Assembly (NCBI GenBank): GCA_020348445.1
Contig: CP070751.1
Location: 4,217,086-4,281,085 of the forward strand
Origin: Thermoplasmata archaeon
GTDB taxonomy: Archaea; Thermoplasmatota; Thermoplasmata; GCA-020350865
Direction of reading: 5' to 3'
DNA length: 64,000 nucleotides
Below the pieces are notes generated by a model, which saw only the letters and a program-made list of their open reading frames with translations, made no database searches and had not been told where the DNA came from. This document shows positions 35,700 to 46,349 of the stretch, in pieces; position 1 is the stretch's first letter, and each line of letters opens with the position of its first letter. Both the position numbers and the translations under genes were made by a program.

Positions 35700-36728
35700 T
35701 CACTTTTTATAAGAAATCAAAATATACAATGACACGATACACATTCCAATTACCAGTACTGGACCGACTATCAGTCCCGCCCAGAAGATCAGGCCAAGTA
35801 TACCAAATAAGAAAAGTTTGATAATATCTCTTTTTTCCATTGGCTTTTCTTCCTTTAACGCTACGTTAAGGATGGCATAACCTAGGATAATGGGTATTGC
35901 TGCAAAAATCAATGTCACGACTACAGAAGCACCTACTGCCGATCTGGATAGTGCAATTGACATCTGATGCAGAACCATAAAACCGCTACCCACATAAATG
36001 AGCGAAGATAGATAAACCAACCAGGCAAAAGTCGTCTTTGGGGGATTGATAAAATTGAATTTACCAATGTTTTTTATTTTCCAAATCATAATGCCCATAC
36101 CAAAAATCAATATGATCATCATGGGGGCAAATATAACCGCCAGGCTCTGTCCTTCCCAGACCCGAATGTTGATGACATCGATTGGTACCAGCAACCATTC
36201 ATCAATATCGAATTTCTCTACATACCCGATGGCAATTCCGAATTTACCCGTATTATTTGGTTCATAAACTGCAATATAGTAAGTCCCAGTTGCATTCACT
36301 TCCTCGTCGTAGTCCACTGTATAATAGTAGCTTGCTGGGGTAAAGGGCTCGTATTCGGCCTCTCCAGATCTCTTTCCCTCAAGGACCTCAAAATTATAAC
36401 CCTCGGGAACCTCAACATAATCAGGTATTGTTCCCTTGCTTTCGATATTTGAGGCCATGATAACGCAATTTGGAGAGAACTTGCCTTCCTCGGGGGTATA
36501 CAATGATATTCTTAATCTGTCCCCCTCTTTTAAGGTGAAGCGGTAATATTTTGCCTGTCCCAGTTCAGATATCTCATCATATATGGCCCAGGATTTTGTT
36601 GGCTCGTGAACATGAAGTGCCCTTTCGATACTGTCATTGTCCCCTGACGATATCGGAACATGAGCTGAGGCACTAGGAATTAGAAAAATGGTAATAATAA
36701 CTATTAGAAAGAGGTATGTTCTTTTCAT
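35700..36728 (-). CDS. Secreted N-domain plus multi-TM hypothetical protein
   Basis: Signal ending ASAH; YEPFTPASYY; four C-terminal TM helices. Confidence 0.75.
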   Translation of the reverse strand: MKRTYLFLIVIITIFLIPSASAHVPISSGDNDSIERALHVHEPTKSWAIYDEISELGQAKYYRFTLKEGDRLRISLYTPEEGKFSPNCVIMASNIESKGTIPDYVEVPEGYNFEVLEGKRSGEAEYEPFTPASYYYTVDYDEEVNATGTYYIAVYEPNNTGKFGIAIGYVEKFDIDEWLLVPIDVINIRVWEGQSLAVIFAPMMIILIFGMGIMIWKIKNIGKFNFINPPKTTFAWLVYLSSLIYVGSGFMVLHQMSIALSRSAVGASVVVTLIFAAIPIILGYAILNVALKEEKPMEKRDIIKLFLFGILGLIFWAGLIVGPVLVIGMCIVSLYILISYKK

Positions 36729-36767
36729 GGGCATTGTAATTGAATAAATTGTATATAAAATAGTTCA

Positions 36768-39700
36768 TTATTCTGGTGGAGGTGGTAACTCCTCATCCTG
36801 TAGGACTGGCTTTTCTTCCTCATTTTCCAAATGTATATCATCCTGAGCTTGCATTGACTGTTCTTCTTCATAGGGGGTCTTCACATTATCTTCTTTCACG
36901 TTTGCTGAATCTTCCCCTTCCTGGGCTTCTGGAGGTTTACCCCAGAAAAGAGGCTCTTCTTCCTTATATTTGCCCCTTCTTTTCAAATATATCAAAATCA
37001 GAATGATGATGACTGAAATTACCGGTAATATGATGAATATATCAAGCAATGAATCCTCTGTCTCCTCCTTTTCACCAACATCCTGGGGTTCCGCCATGGT
37101 GGTCCCCTGTACCCCCTGCGAATATTGCGATTCAACACCGTCTGAGTCCATGGCTGTTATTACGTACCAGTATGTTTTCTCATCATGTAGGTCAGAATCA
37201 GTAAATGATGTCAATTGACCGTATACTGTTCCAATTATCTCGTAATCTATGCCATCAGTTGACCGATAGATATTGTAACCAATAATATCTTCTGCGGTAC
37301 TTGGATTCCAGCTTATGGTCAATTTTCCTTTTTCATTTGGAGGTGTTACAATTATATTGGTAGGGGGAGAGGGGGGTATTATCTCGATTGTATCCTTTAT
37401 TACATCGGGACCTTGTTTCTCTTCGGTTGTTATTAGATGGTATCCCTGACTGTCTAATGTACTGAAATAATAGGAATAATTGGTACCTTCCTCGAGGATA
37501 ATCGAGTAAGAGTAAATCGCCCCTTGCAAATAAGAGCCGCTTTCATAGTTCATTACAATTGGATCTTCAGATATCTGACTTCCATCCTTATTAATATGCA
37601 GACTCGGACTGCCGGAAGGTGGAGGTAAATTACCTAAATCGGTGTATTTAACCTTGAAAACGAAGGTAGTGGAAGAATTACCTGATTCTGGGTTGACTCC
37701 ATCAGAGATATAATTGTCTTCACCAATCCAGTTTAATGTTGCTGGATAATCCACATGGAACTTTATCTCTTCCCATTCGCTCCATTCATAGCGATCAAAT
37801 ACCCTAAGAGCGTACCAATAATCGGTGTCCTCTAAAAGAGGCAGACCTGCATAGATTATGGCATTGAAAGCACCATCTTGTGGTCCTGTCAACCACATAT
37901 CATCTTGACCTGAAGCAGAGCCAACTCTGACCTCATAATGCTGCTGCGTAAATCCTCCATCGCTATCTATGTAGGACCCACCAAGTACTGGTGTGGCAGT
38001 AGAAATGTGAGAGATTTCTGTTGTTCCCTCTGCATATCCATCAACAGTCAGATTGTATACTACAGAAAGATCATTCATATGAAACTTTATCTCTTCCCAG
38101 AAACTCCAGTCATTTCCATCGAAAACCCTGATTCCAAACCAATAGTCCTCACCGTCAATGAGTTCGGAACCTGAATAAGTTATCTGATTATCGTCTCCAT
38201 TAAAGGATCCTGGGCTCCACATATCAAATGCACCTGAGGATGAACCCACCCTGATTTCGTATCTCACCTGGGCATCTGAAGAATCGGAATCAAAGAAGGT
38301 CCAACCAAGATCGGGAGTATGATCAGTAATATGGATGATATCAGGGTTCCCCTCGAAAAATCCTTGGACATTCAGGTTTCTTGCTTCAGGAAGAGAGTTT
38401 GGTGGGCTTTGCGTGGTGAACCTCCAGATTTCTGTCCAATTCCATTCCCAACCATCTGTTGCATTCACAAACCAAAAGTATGTTGCAGATGGGGAAGTGG
38501 AAAAGTCTGCAGATAGAGAAAGTGTGGTGAAGTTGCTTGCCAAATATGGAGCTGTTGGGGGATTATCGATATCAATAAACCAATAATATGTTATTGTATC
38601 TCCTTCTGAATCAGAACCACTTTCGGTCCAATCAAGAATTTGTTGTGCATTGCTTGGAATCTCCGAGTCATGGGATGGATCAACTGGTAATATAGGAGCA
38701 GGAGGCAAGGAATTCATGTGAAACTGTGTTTGATTCCAAGTGCTCCATTCATAGCCATCGAAAACTCGGATGCCGAACCAGTAATCGATGCCATCCATTA
38801 AAGGAAGTCCTGCATATACCATACTCGTTTGTGAACCAAACAAAGGCCCAGTTGCCCACATATCTGATGAACCTGATGAGGAACCAATCCTTATATCGTA
38901 TTCAATCTGAGTGTCCCCCACATCCAAATCCCATGGTAACCAAGCTAAATCAGGGGTGTGGTCGGTTATATGCATTATGTCTTGAGTGCTATATGAAAAT
39001 CCTGAAACTGTCAAATTACGAGCAGCAGGTTTTGAGTTCGTATGAAACATGGTTTCATTTACTAAGCTCCATTCAATTCCATCGTACACTAAAATCCCGA
39101 ACCAGTAATCTGTGCCATCAACTAATGGAGAACCTGCGTAAACCACCGTGTTTCCCCCACCCACCTGGGGTCCTGGTGCCCACATGTCAGAAAGTCCGGA
39201 TGCCGTGCCAACCCTAACCTCGTACTGCTGCTGGAAATCTCCTGAATCAGAATCAAAGAAGGACCAGCTCAGATCTGGTGTGGGATCTGTAATATGCAAT
39301 ATATCTGATGAATCCTTGAAAAATCCTGATACAGTTAAATCCCGTACTTCGGGGGGTATGTTGACAGATCCAGCAGTGGTGAAGTTCCATACAATTGTTT
39401 GGGTCCATTCCCAACCGTCTGTTACATTTATTATCCAATAGTAATTGGTACCTGGTGAAGTGGGGAAGGAAGAGGATGAGGTACCATTGGTTGTGCTGTT
39501 GGCAATATATGGAAAAGCAGGAGGATTGTCTGTATCCACATACCACCAATACATGATCGTATCTCCCTCTGAATCGGATCCACCTGCTGTCCAGCTTAAT
39601 TTCTGCGCAGGGCTTTTAGTGATGTTTGAGTCATCAGGGGGATTGAGCGGTGGAATAGGAATCGGCGGCAAGGCATTCATGTGAAACAGGGTTTCATTCC

Positions 39701-42700
39701 ACCCACTCCAAGTGTTTCCATCAAATACTCTGATTCCGAACCAATAGTCCACTCCATCGATCAACGGTGATCCAGAGTAGATGTCGGTATTTCCAGCACC
39801 ACCCTGGGGTCCAGGTGCCCACATGTCTGAAAAGCCCGATTGCGTACCCACTCTTACTTCGTACTGCTGCTGTGTGTCTCCGCCATCAGAATCAAAGAAA
39901 GACCATGCCAACTCCGGCAAGTGATCTAAAATATGCATGATCTCTGAAGTGCCCTCCGAGAATCCAGAAACCATCAGATCCAAAGCCTCTGGTGGATTAT
40001 TGACAACGGCAGATGTTGTGAAGTTCCATAAAATGGAGGTGTTCCATTCCCAACCATCTGTGGCATTTAAATACCAGTAATAATCAGTTGCTGGTGACGT
40101 GGCAAAAGATAAGGAAGAGGTTCCTGTTGTTGTGCCGTTTTCAAGATAAGGTGGATTCGGTGGATTATCTGTATCAATATACCACCAATAGGTGATTGTA
40201 TCCCCCTCAGAATCAAATCCCCCAGTTGTCCAACTCAGAGTCTGAGCCGGGCTGCTTGGTATGTTTGCATCATCGGGAGGGCTTAAAGGAGGAGCAGGGG
40301 CAGGTGGAGGGGCATTCATGTGAAATAGGGTTTCGTTCCATTCACTCCATTCATAGCCATCATGAACCCTGACACCGAACCAATAGTCTGTTCCGTCAAG
40401 CAAAACTTTACCTGTATATACCTCAGATGTGGTACCTCCAGGAGAAGGTCCCAGAGTCCACATGTCTGAAAATCCAGTTTGTGTCCCAACTCTTATTTCG
40501 TACTGTCCTTGTGAATCTCCAATTTCCAAATCCCAGTATGACCAAGCCAAATCAGGGGTGTGATCAATTATATGCAAAATTCCTGGAGTACCTGTTGCAA
40601 ATCCCTGGACCAACAAATCATGAGCAGCTAAACTGTTCATATGAAACTGTGTTTCATTCCACAGGCTCCACGTATTTCCATCAAATACCCTGATTCCAAA
40701 CCAGTAATCCACTCCATCCCGTAAAACAAGTCCTGCATACACAACTGAGTTTATCCCTCCAGCCTGAATGCCCGGAGACCACATGTCAGAAAGACCCGAG
40801 GAAGTACCAACCCTTATTTCGTATTGCTGCTGGGTATCTCCTCCATCTGGATCTGAGAATATCCATTCCATTTGGGGTGCGTGATCTATGAGGTGCATAA
40901 TGCCTGTTGTTCCATTGGAAAATCCTGCCACAGCATGATCAATTGCTTCGGGTGGATTGTTCACAATGGCTGATGTTGTAAAGTTCCATATTATTGTCGT
41001 ATTCCATTCCCAGCCGTCGGTTGCATTGACATACCAATAATAATCAGTTGCGGGTGATGTGGAAAAAGAATATGAAGAGGATCCTGTTGTAGTTCCGTTT
41101 GCCAGATAGGGTAAGACAGGGGGGTTATCTGTATCCACGTACCACCAATATGTTAAGGTATCCCCCTCAGAATCCGCACTTCCTGGGCTCCAACTTAATG
41201 TCTGGGCTGGGCTGCTTGGAACATTGCTATCATCAGGTGGGCTTAGAGGAGGAACAGGAGCAGGAGGCAGTGAATTCATATGAAATTGAGTTTCATTCCA
41301 TTCGCTCCATTCGTATCCGTCGTATACCCTTATGCCAAACCAATAATCTGTTCCGTCAAATAAAGTAAGGCCTGCGTACACTTCCGACGTCGTAGCCCCT
41401 ATAGAAGGTCCAAAACTCCACATATCAAAAAGACCTGATCCCGTGCCAATTCTGATTTCGTACTCCTGTTGAGAATCCCCAGCCTCGTAATCAAAAAATA
41501 TCCATTCCAAATCGGGAGTATGGTCAGTGATATGCCCAATTCCAAGGGATCCGGTTGCAAATCCTTGAACAGTAAGTGCTTGAGGCTCAGAAGGTGCATT
41601 CATATGAAATTGTGTTTCATTCCATTCGCTCCATTCAAAACCATCATAAACCCTTACCGAGAACCAGTAATCTGTTCCATCAACCAGTGGAAGACCTGCA
41701 TAAGTTACGGAATTTGTAGGGCCGATTTGGGGAGGTAAAGACCACATATCCGAAGCACCCGGGGATGAACCAACTCTCACTTCATACTGCTGCTGTGTAT
41801 CTCCCCCCTCGTAGTCAAAGAATGTCCAACCTAGATCGGGACTCGAAACTGTAATGTGTAATATGCCAGGGGTTCCTTGTGTGAATCCTTCCACAGTTAG
41901 ATCCCTTGCTTCAGAGAGATTATTCAGATGGAATTGGGTTTCGTTCCATGAGCTCCATTCATAGCCATCATAGACTCTGATGCCAAACCAGTAATCATTT
42001 GAGTCGATTAAAGGAAGACCTGCATATAACTCAGAACTTGCACCACCTGCGGAAGGCCCGAATGTCCACATATCAGATAATCCTGGTCCTGTACCCACTC
42101 TGATTTCGTACTGCTGTTGGGAGTCACCTTCCAAATCAAAAAATGTCCATCCAAGATCGGGTGTATGATCAGTGATATGTAGAATGCCGTTGGTACCATC
42201 TGCAAAACCCTGAACTGTTATATCCTGAGCTTCAACAATATTCATATGAAACTGAGTTTCATTCCACTGGTTCCATTCATAGCCATCGAAAACCCTTATT
42301 CCAAACCAGTAGTCAGTTCCATCCAGCAACGTGGATCCTGCATATATTTCTGAAGTTGAAGCACCACTCTGAGGTCCAGGGGCCCACATGTCAGAAAGAC
42401 CAGATCCTGTGCCCACTCTTATTTCATACTGAGATTGCGAATCCCCTTCACCATCCCAGAAGGCCCACGCCAAATCTGGTGTGTGATCTGTTATATGAAG
42501 AATACCTGTGGTTCCTTCTGAAAAATCCTGTACTGTCAAGCCCTGAGCCTCAAGACTGTTCATATGAAATTGAGTTTCATTCCACACACTCCAGTCTGTT
42601 CCATCGTTTACTCTCACACCGAACCAGTAATCAGTGTTGTCTATAAAAGTAGAGCCGGCATATACAACTGAGCTGACTCCTCCAGATTGCGGTCCAGGTG

Positions 42701-43400
42701 CCCACATATCTGAAAGCCCAGATCCGGTCCCAACCCTGACATCGTACTGCTGCTGTGAATCTCCTCCATCAGAATCGGTGAAAGTCCAGCCTAGATCAGG
42801 GGTGTGATCTGTGATATGCATAATCCCAGTTGTTCCATCTGCAAATCCCTGAGCAGAAAGATCTTTAGCTTCAGGAGGGTTGTTTGCGGTGACCACCTCA
42901 GGAATTGTATCTGACCAGAAGTTCCATAGATCACCTGCATCCTTCTTATTATCATCATTTGCGGTCATTGCCGCAACCCACACGTTGACTGTCCCCGTCC
43001 CCGAGGATGGTGCTGTCCAACTTACAGCCCAGGTCCTAACAAGATCATTTGATTGGGTTGCTTGGTCTTGTGGAACGTTGATGTTGACATTTGAATCCGA
43101 AGTGCTTAGGGTGCCTGCTGATACTTCAAGATTGAATCCACCTTGTGTTCCAGATGCGCCTCCACTGACAGTTATCGTAATTGGGTAGGTGGTTGATGGT
43201 GTGTATTCTGCAGGAAACCCGGTGACTGTGATTATGACACTTACATCAGGATTTGCATCATGACAGGTACATCCTGTTTGAGCTGCATCATACATATCAC
43301 TGCTTTTTCCTTTAACACCCCAAACAGCCATGACCATAGCGATTACAATACAAAATCCTAGCCCACATATCTTCTTTAAATTCCTGTTCATTCTCAACAT
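36768..43400 (-). CDS. 2210-aa membrane-anchored surface protein: Reeler-like domain with CxCH, 12 type-A and 4 type-B Ig/FN3-like repeats, FN3, TM, acidic tail
   Basis: Signal peptide; GCTCH; repeats HITDHTPDL.W...QQQYE.RVG...SDMW...DYWFG.RV.DG.EWS.WNETQFHMN; TM IFIILPVISVIIILILIYL followed by KRR. Confidence 0.9.
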   Translation of the reverse strand: MLRMNRNLKKICGLGFCIVIAMVMAVWGVKGKSSDMYDAAQTGCTCHDANPDVSVIITVTGFPAEYTPSTTYPITITVSGGASGTQGGFNLEVSAGTLSTSDSNVNINVPQDQATQSNDLVRTWAVSWTAPSSGTGTVNVWVAAMTANDDNKKDAGDLWNFWSDTIPEVVTANNPPEAKDLSAQGFADGTTGIMHITDHTPDLGWTFTDSDGGDSQQQYDVRVGTGSGLSDMWAPGPQSGGVSSVVYAGSTFIDNTDYWFGVRVNDGTDWSVWNETQFHMNSLEAQGLTVQDFSEGTTGILHITDHTPDLAWAFWDGEGDSQSQYEIRVGTGSGLSDMWAPGPQSGASTSEIYAGSTLLDGTDYWFGIRVFDGYEWNQWNETQFHMNIVEAQDITVQGFADGTNGILHITDHTPDLGWTFFDLEGDSQQQYEIRVGTGPGLSDMWTFGPSAGGASSELYAGLPLIDSNDYWFGIRVYDGYEWSSWNETQFHLNNLSEARDLTVEGFTQGTPGILHITVSSPDLGWTFFDYEGGDTQQQYEVRVGSSPGASDMWSLPPQIGPTNSVTYAGLPLVDGTDYWFSVRVYDGFEWSEWNETQFHMNAPSEPQALTVQGFATGSLGIGHITDHTPDLEWIFFDYEAGDSQQEYEIRIGTGSGLFDMWSFGPSIGATTSEVYAGLTLFDGTDYWFGIRVYDGYEWSEWNETQFHMNSLPPAPVPPLSPPDDSNVPSSPAQTLSWSPGSADSEGDTLTYWWYVDTDNPPVLPYLANGTTTGSSSYSFSTSPATDYYWYVNATDGWEWNTTIIWNFTTSAIVNNPPEAIDHAVAGFSNGTTGIMHLIDHAPQMEWIFSDPDGGDTQQQYEIRVGTSSGLSDMWSPGIQAGGINSVVYAGLVLRDGVDYWFGIRVFDGNTWSLWNETQFHMNSLAAHDLLVQGFATGTPGILHIIDHTPDLAWSYWDLEIGDSQGQYEIRVGTQTGFSDMWTLGPSPGGTTSEVYTGKVLLDGTDYWFGVRVHDGYEWSEWNETLFHMNAPPPAPAPPLSPPDDANIPSSPAQTLSWTTGGFDSEGDTITYWWYIDTDNPPNPPYLENGTTTGTSSLSFATSPATDYYWYLNATDGWEWNTSILWNFTTSAVVNNPPEALDLMVSGFSEGTSEIMHILDHLPELAWSFFDSDGGDTQQQYEVRVGTQSGFSDMWAPGPQGGAGNTDIYSGSPLIDGVDYWFGIRVFDGNTWSGWNETLFHMNALPPIPIPPLNPPDDSNITKSPAQKLSWTAGGSDSEGDTIMYWWYVDTDNPPAFPYIANSTTNGTSSSSFPTSPGTNYYWIINVTDGWEWTQTIVWNFTTAGSVNIPPEVRDLTVSGFFKDSSDILHITDPTPDLSWSFFDSDSGDFQQQYEVRVGTASGLSDMWAPGPQVGGGNTVVYAGSPLVDGTDYWFGILVYDGIEWSLVNETMFHTNSKPAARNLTVSGFSYSTQDIMHITDHTPDLAWLPWDLDVGDTQIEYDIRIGSSSGSSDMWATGPLFGSQTSMVYAGLPLMDGIDYWFGIRVFDGYEWSTWNQTQFHMNSLPPAPILPVDPSHDSEIPSNAQQILDWTESGSDSEGDTITYYWFIDIDNPPTAPYLASNFTTLSLSADFSTSPSATYFWFVNATDGWEWNWTEIWRFTTQSPPNSLPEARNLNVQGFFEGNPDIIHITDHTPDLGWTFFDSDSSDAQVRYEIRVGSSSGAFDMWSPGSFNGDDNQITYSGSELIDGEDYWFGIRVFDGNDWSFWEEIKFHMNDLSVVYNLTVDGYAEGTTEISHISTATPVLGGSYIDSDGGFTQQHYEVRVGSASGQDDMWLTGPQDGAFNAIIYAGLPLLEDTDYWYALRVFDRYEWSEWEEIKFHVDYPATLNWIGEDNYISDGVNPESGNSSTTFVFKVKYTDLGNLPPPSGSPSLHINKDGSQISEDPIVMNYESGSYLQGAIYSYSIILEEGTNYSYYFSTLDSQGYHLITTEEKQGPDVIKDTIEIIPPSPPTNIIVTPPNEKGKLTISWNPSTAEDIIGYNIYRSTDGIDYEIIGTVYGQLTSFTDSDLHDEKTYWYVITAMDSDGVESQYSQGVQGTTMAEPQDVGEKEETEDSLLDIFIILPVISVIIILILIYLKRRGKYKEEEPLFWGKPPEAQEGEDSANVKEDNVKTPYEEEQSMQAQDDIHLENEEEKPVLQDEELPPPPE

Positions 43401-43716
43401 ATTCTAACCACCCTCTATCGAAAGTCCAATATCTTTTGCAATCACTGCAACTTTCACATCTTTTATATCCAAGATGGAGCTACTATATTACAATATATAA
43501 AGGTGCCTTTGTTACTATAGTAACAAAATCCTTTTTTCCATCAGGTATTCAGATTTGTGAACAATAGGAAATAATGGTATTTATTATTATCGTTATCAAC
43601 TTTGCGTTATTCGCCACGCCCTTCTCGAAAACAATAAACTGAAAAAAAGGAGAAAAGATATTTTACTCCGGACTTTTCCCTACTTTTTCCGTTATAAAAC
43701 AAAAAATAATTCTATC

Positions 43717-45189
43717 TCAGTAAGCAAGACCCTTTTCAGAACTGCTCTCAACTATGGTCACGCTCTCTCCACCGTGCCTGCTCTCCCTTGGTCTGATCTC
43801 AACGAACAGGGGCATTGTGATCTTTCCTCCCGTGATGATGGCAGTTCCAATGGGTAATCTCTGGATTTCGTCGGTCATTCCAGATGTGAGTCCCTCCACA
43901 GAGGCAGTTATGGCCTTCAAATCATTTGGATTTGTGACCTTTAAAATCAACTGAGTGTTGCACTGGGAAAGCACATTCTTGTCCACCTTGGCGGGCCTTT
44001 GGGTCACTATGCACACTCCCAATCCAAATTTCCTCCCCTCGGAAGCAATGGTTCTAAATATCTTGGACGATGCCACCTGACCTTGCTGGGGGCAGAAGTT
44101 GTGGGCCTCCTCAGTTACAAGCATGAGAGGAGGGATTTTGTCCTGTTTTCTAAGCTCAAATAAATATGTACAAATCCTGTTTACTACCAGGGTCTGGATA
44201 TCGGGGGGAGAGCCCTTGAGATTTATAATCGTGGTCTTTCCTTTTTTTATCAGTTCCTCCATTCTTGTACCTGCCTCCGCAAATATCTCAACCTCCCTTA
44301 AGTAATCCAATTCATTTATTAGAGCTCCAAGGGATTCCTCCTCGTCTGTTTCCAAAACCCTGATTATATCTTCGATGTTGTAATCCCCTTTGTTGGTCCT
44401 TAGAAAATCAATTGCTTTTCTAAGTGGGGCAAGGTAAGTCCGAACATTCTTAATATTTGTAAGATCCAGTATATTTCTCGCACTTAAATTGCTCAATGTA
44501 AATCTCAGTGGTTTTGCATCCTTGTTCAACTTGGTATCAGTGGCGAATTCCTGGATTTTAGATGCATACCCCTTTGGATTGACCCTGAAATTCCGCGATG
44601 TCTCCATCACATTGCCAGAGTCTCTCATGGAGCCGTACTCACCATGGGGATCGAGAATTACAGTTGTCACGTGGTGCTTCATAAGCTCTTCGATGATGAC
44701 ACCGGTAACGTAGCTTTTACCCCCACCTGTTTTTGCAAGTACCGAAATGTGTTTCTGTACCATGGAGTTTATATCAACATATACCCTGATATCATGACCT
44801 GCGAGAAGACCGACATAAGCTCCCTGCCCCTTATCCTCCTTAAGCCCGATAACCTTCCGAATCAGCTCATCATCTGCTTTGTATATGTATTCACCTGCCT
44901 TAAACGGTGTTCTCGGAACCTGGAGCAGATTTCTGTCATCCCGAAAGCCCACCACAGAGATTTTTGCCGTGATCTTCTCGTTGATCTCAACGGGCTGCCC
45001 CTCTGCTATCATCTGGGCCTTGTCAAGAGATAAATCGGTGCGTCTCTCTATGCTGTCCACCTGGCCCAAAACAGGACCTATTGTCTGATGGTTTACCATG
45101 ATGTAATCAGTCTTTTCAACATTGGCTGCGATCTGGCATTCAAACTCGGTTGTTCCAACATTTCCATAAATAATACCGATATGTTCCAT
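43717..45189 (-). CDS. HerA/DUF87-family ATPase
   Basis: N-terminal HAS-barrel-like region, QKHISVLAKTGGGKS, ILDPHGEY, EEAHNFCP, EGRKFG, TQRPAKVDKNVLSQCNT. Confidence 0.9.
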   Translation of the reverse strand: MEHIGIIYGNVGTTEFECQIAANVEKTDYIMVNHQTIGPVLGQVDSIERRTDLSLDKAQMIAEGQPVEINEKITAKISVVGFRDDRNLLQVPRTPFKAGEYIYKADDELIRKVIGLKEDKGQGAYVGLLAGHDIRVYVDINSMVQKHISVLAKTGGGKSYVTGVIIEELMKHHVTTVILDPHGEYGSMRDSGNVMETSRNFRVNPKGYASKIQEFATDTKLNKDAKPLRFTLSNLSARNILDLTNIKNVRTYLAPLRKAIDFLRTNKGDYNIEDIIRVLETDEEESLGALINELDYLREVEIFAEAGTRMEELIKKGKTTIINLKGSPPDIQTLVVNRICTYLFELRKQDKIPPLMLVTEEAHNFCPQQGQVASSKIFRTIASEGRKFGLGVCIVTQRPAKVDKNVLSQCNTQLILKVTNPNDLKAITASVEGLTSGMTDEIQRLPIGTAIITGGKITMPLFVEIRPRESRHGGESVTIVESSSEKGLAY

Positions 45190-45268
45190 CCATAAGGGGT
45201 ATATACTTAAGATATTGAATAGTTTTGGGTGGGAGTAAATGGAAAATTCGTACTATTTCGTAAAAAAA

Positions 45269-46267
45269 TCACGATTTGAATCTCCCCGATGCCAAAATCC
45301 TGATTCTCTTGCCGTCTCTTTTTGTGACCTCCACAGTTGGTTTGGATATCAGAAAGTCCATGTGATTGAAAGAGAGGTTCTTTCCTCCAGGAAAGTCGCT
45401 ATTGTTTCCAAAGGCGATATGGCATGTACCTTTTATCTTCTCAGTTTCCAGGAATTCATTGCAAACTCTTGCATTGGGATTCAAGCCAAAAGCGAACTCC
45501 CCTATGGTATTGGACCATGAATCCGTACCCAAGGCCTTTTTCACCCGTTTCAAAACCCCTTTATCCTTGGATGTGACCTTTTTTGCCTTCCCCTCTCCTG
45601 CCTCGATTTCCAGGTTCTCCTTAATTAGCCCCACCCCTCCAATTGCCTTTTCACAAACCAATTTCCCGTTTAAGGAGTTTTCCACCGGGGCGACTATTAC
45701 CTCTCCAACAGGCAGGTTCATCCATTTTACAGTCTTCCAGTCCAATTTTGTGTCTGTAAAGAAATCCCGATCTTTTACACTCATGTAAAGTTCTGTTCCA
45801 GATGGAGAGATTATCTCGAGGCTCTCTGCATCCATGAGTTCATGAATGAGTTTATCTGAAAAGGCCTGCATCTTCTTGTATTCATCATCCTTTAAGGCAA
45901 GCGCCCCTTTTGTCAACATGTCAATTGTGATACCTGGACAGTGCCCCAACCTTATCCTTCTGCGCCTCTCCATTTTTATCAATTTGATTCTAAAGGGTGT
46001 TTCCTCTGCAGATCCCCTGAGTAAATTTATGATAATATCAGACTTTTGAGTGCTGAGAATCTCAGTAACCTCTTTTGGTACATCCTTTCTAATCTTTTTA
46101 GCATCCAGCATCAAAAGTCTTGTCCATAGCCCACAATCGACTGCTCCATCGGCAAAAGCCTGGCCAATTCCAGAAAGCTCCTGATCACATATGATCATTG
46201 CCCTCTCGCCAGAAGCAGCCTCAAGAACATTTACCAGTGCATTTTTTGCAGCTTCTTCTGCCTTCAT
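45269..46267 (-). CDS. Aminopeptidase, M29 (thermophilic metalloprotease) family
   Basis: GHCPGIT, NLPVGEV..AP, IGEFAFGLN, ETEKIKGTCHIAFGNN, HMDFL; likely start 46267. Confidence 0.85.
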   Translation of the reverse strand: MKAEEAAKNALVNVLEAASGERAMIICDQELSGIGQAFADGAVDCGLWTRLLMLDAKKIRKDVPKEVTEILSTQKSDIIINLLRGSAEETPFRIKLIKMERRRRIRLGHCPGITIDMLTKGALALKDDEYKKMQAFSDKLIHELMDAESLEIISPSGTELYMSVKDRDFFTDTKLDWKTVKWMNLPVGEVIVAPVENSLNGKLVCEKAIGGVGLIKENLEIEAGEGKAKKVTSKDKGVLKRVKKALGTDSWSNTIGEFAFGLNPNARVCNEFLETEKIKGTCHIAFGNNSDFPGGKNLSFNHMDFLISKPTVEVTKRDGKRIRILASGRFKS

Positions 46268-46349
46268 ATCTATCCCAAGGTACATAGCTTCGCTTGGATA
46301 TTATAATTGCTATGGTTTAAGGCCCTGTATATGCTGAACTTGACTGGCA

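Noticed and set aside
36768-43400. CRISPR array or DGR template/variable repeat explanation for the repeats
   Set aside because: Repeats are in-frame, about 330 bp, diverged at synonymous sites without adenine-specific bias; no cas or reverse transcriptase gene is in the window.
43404-43472. 22-aa possible leaderless upstream ORF (MDIKDVKVAVIAKDIGLSIEGG) before the giant surface protein
   Set aside because: TTG start, very short, and no independent support; could be ordinary 5' UTR.
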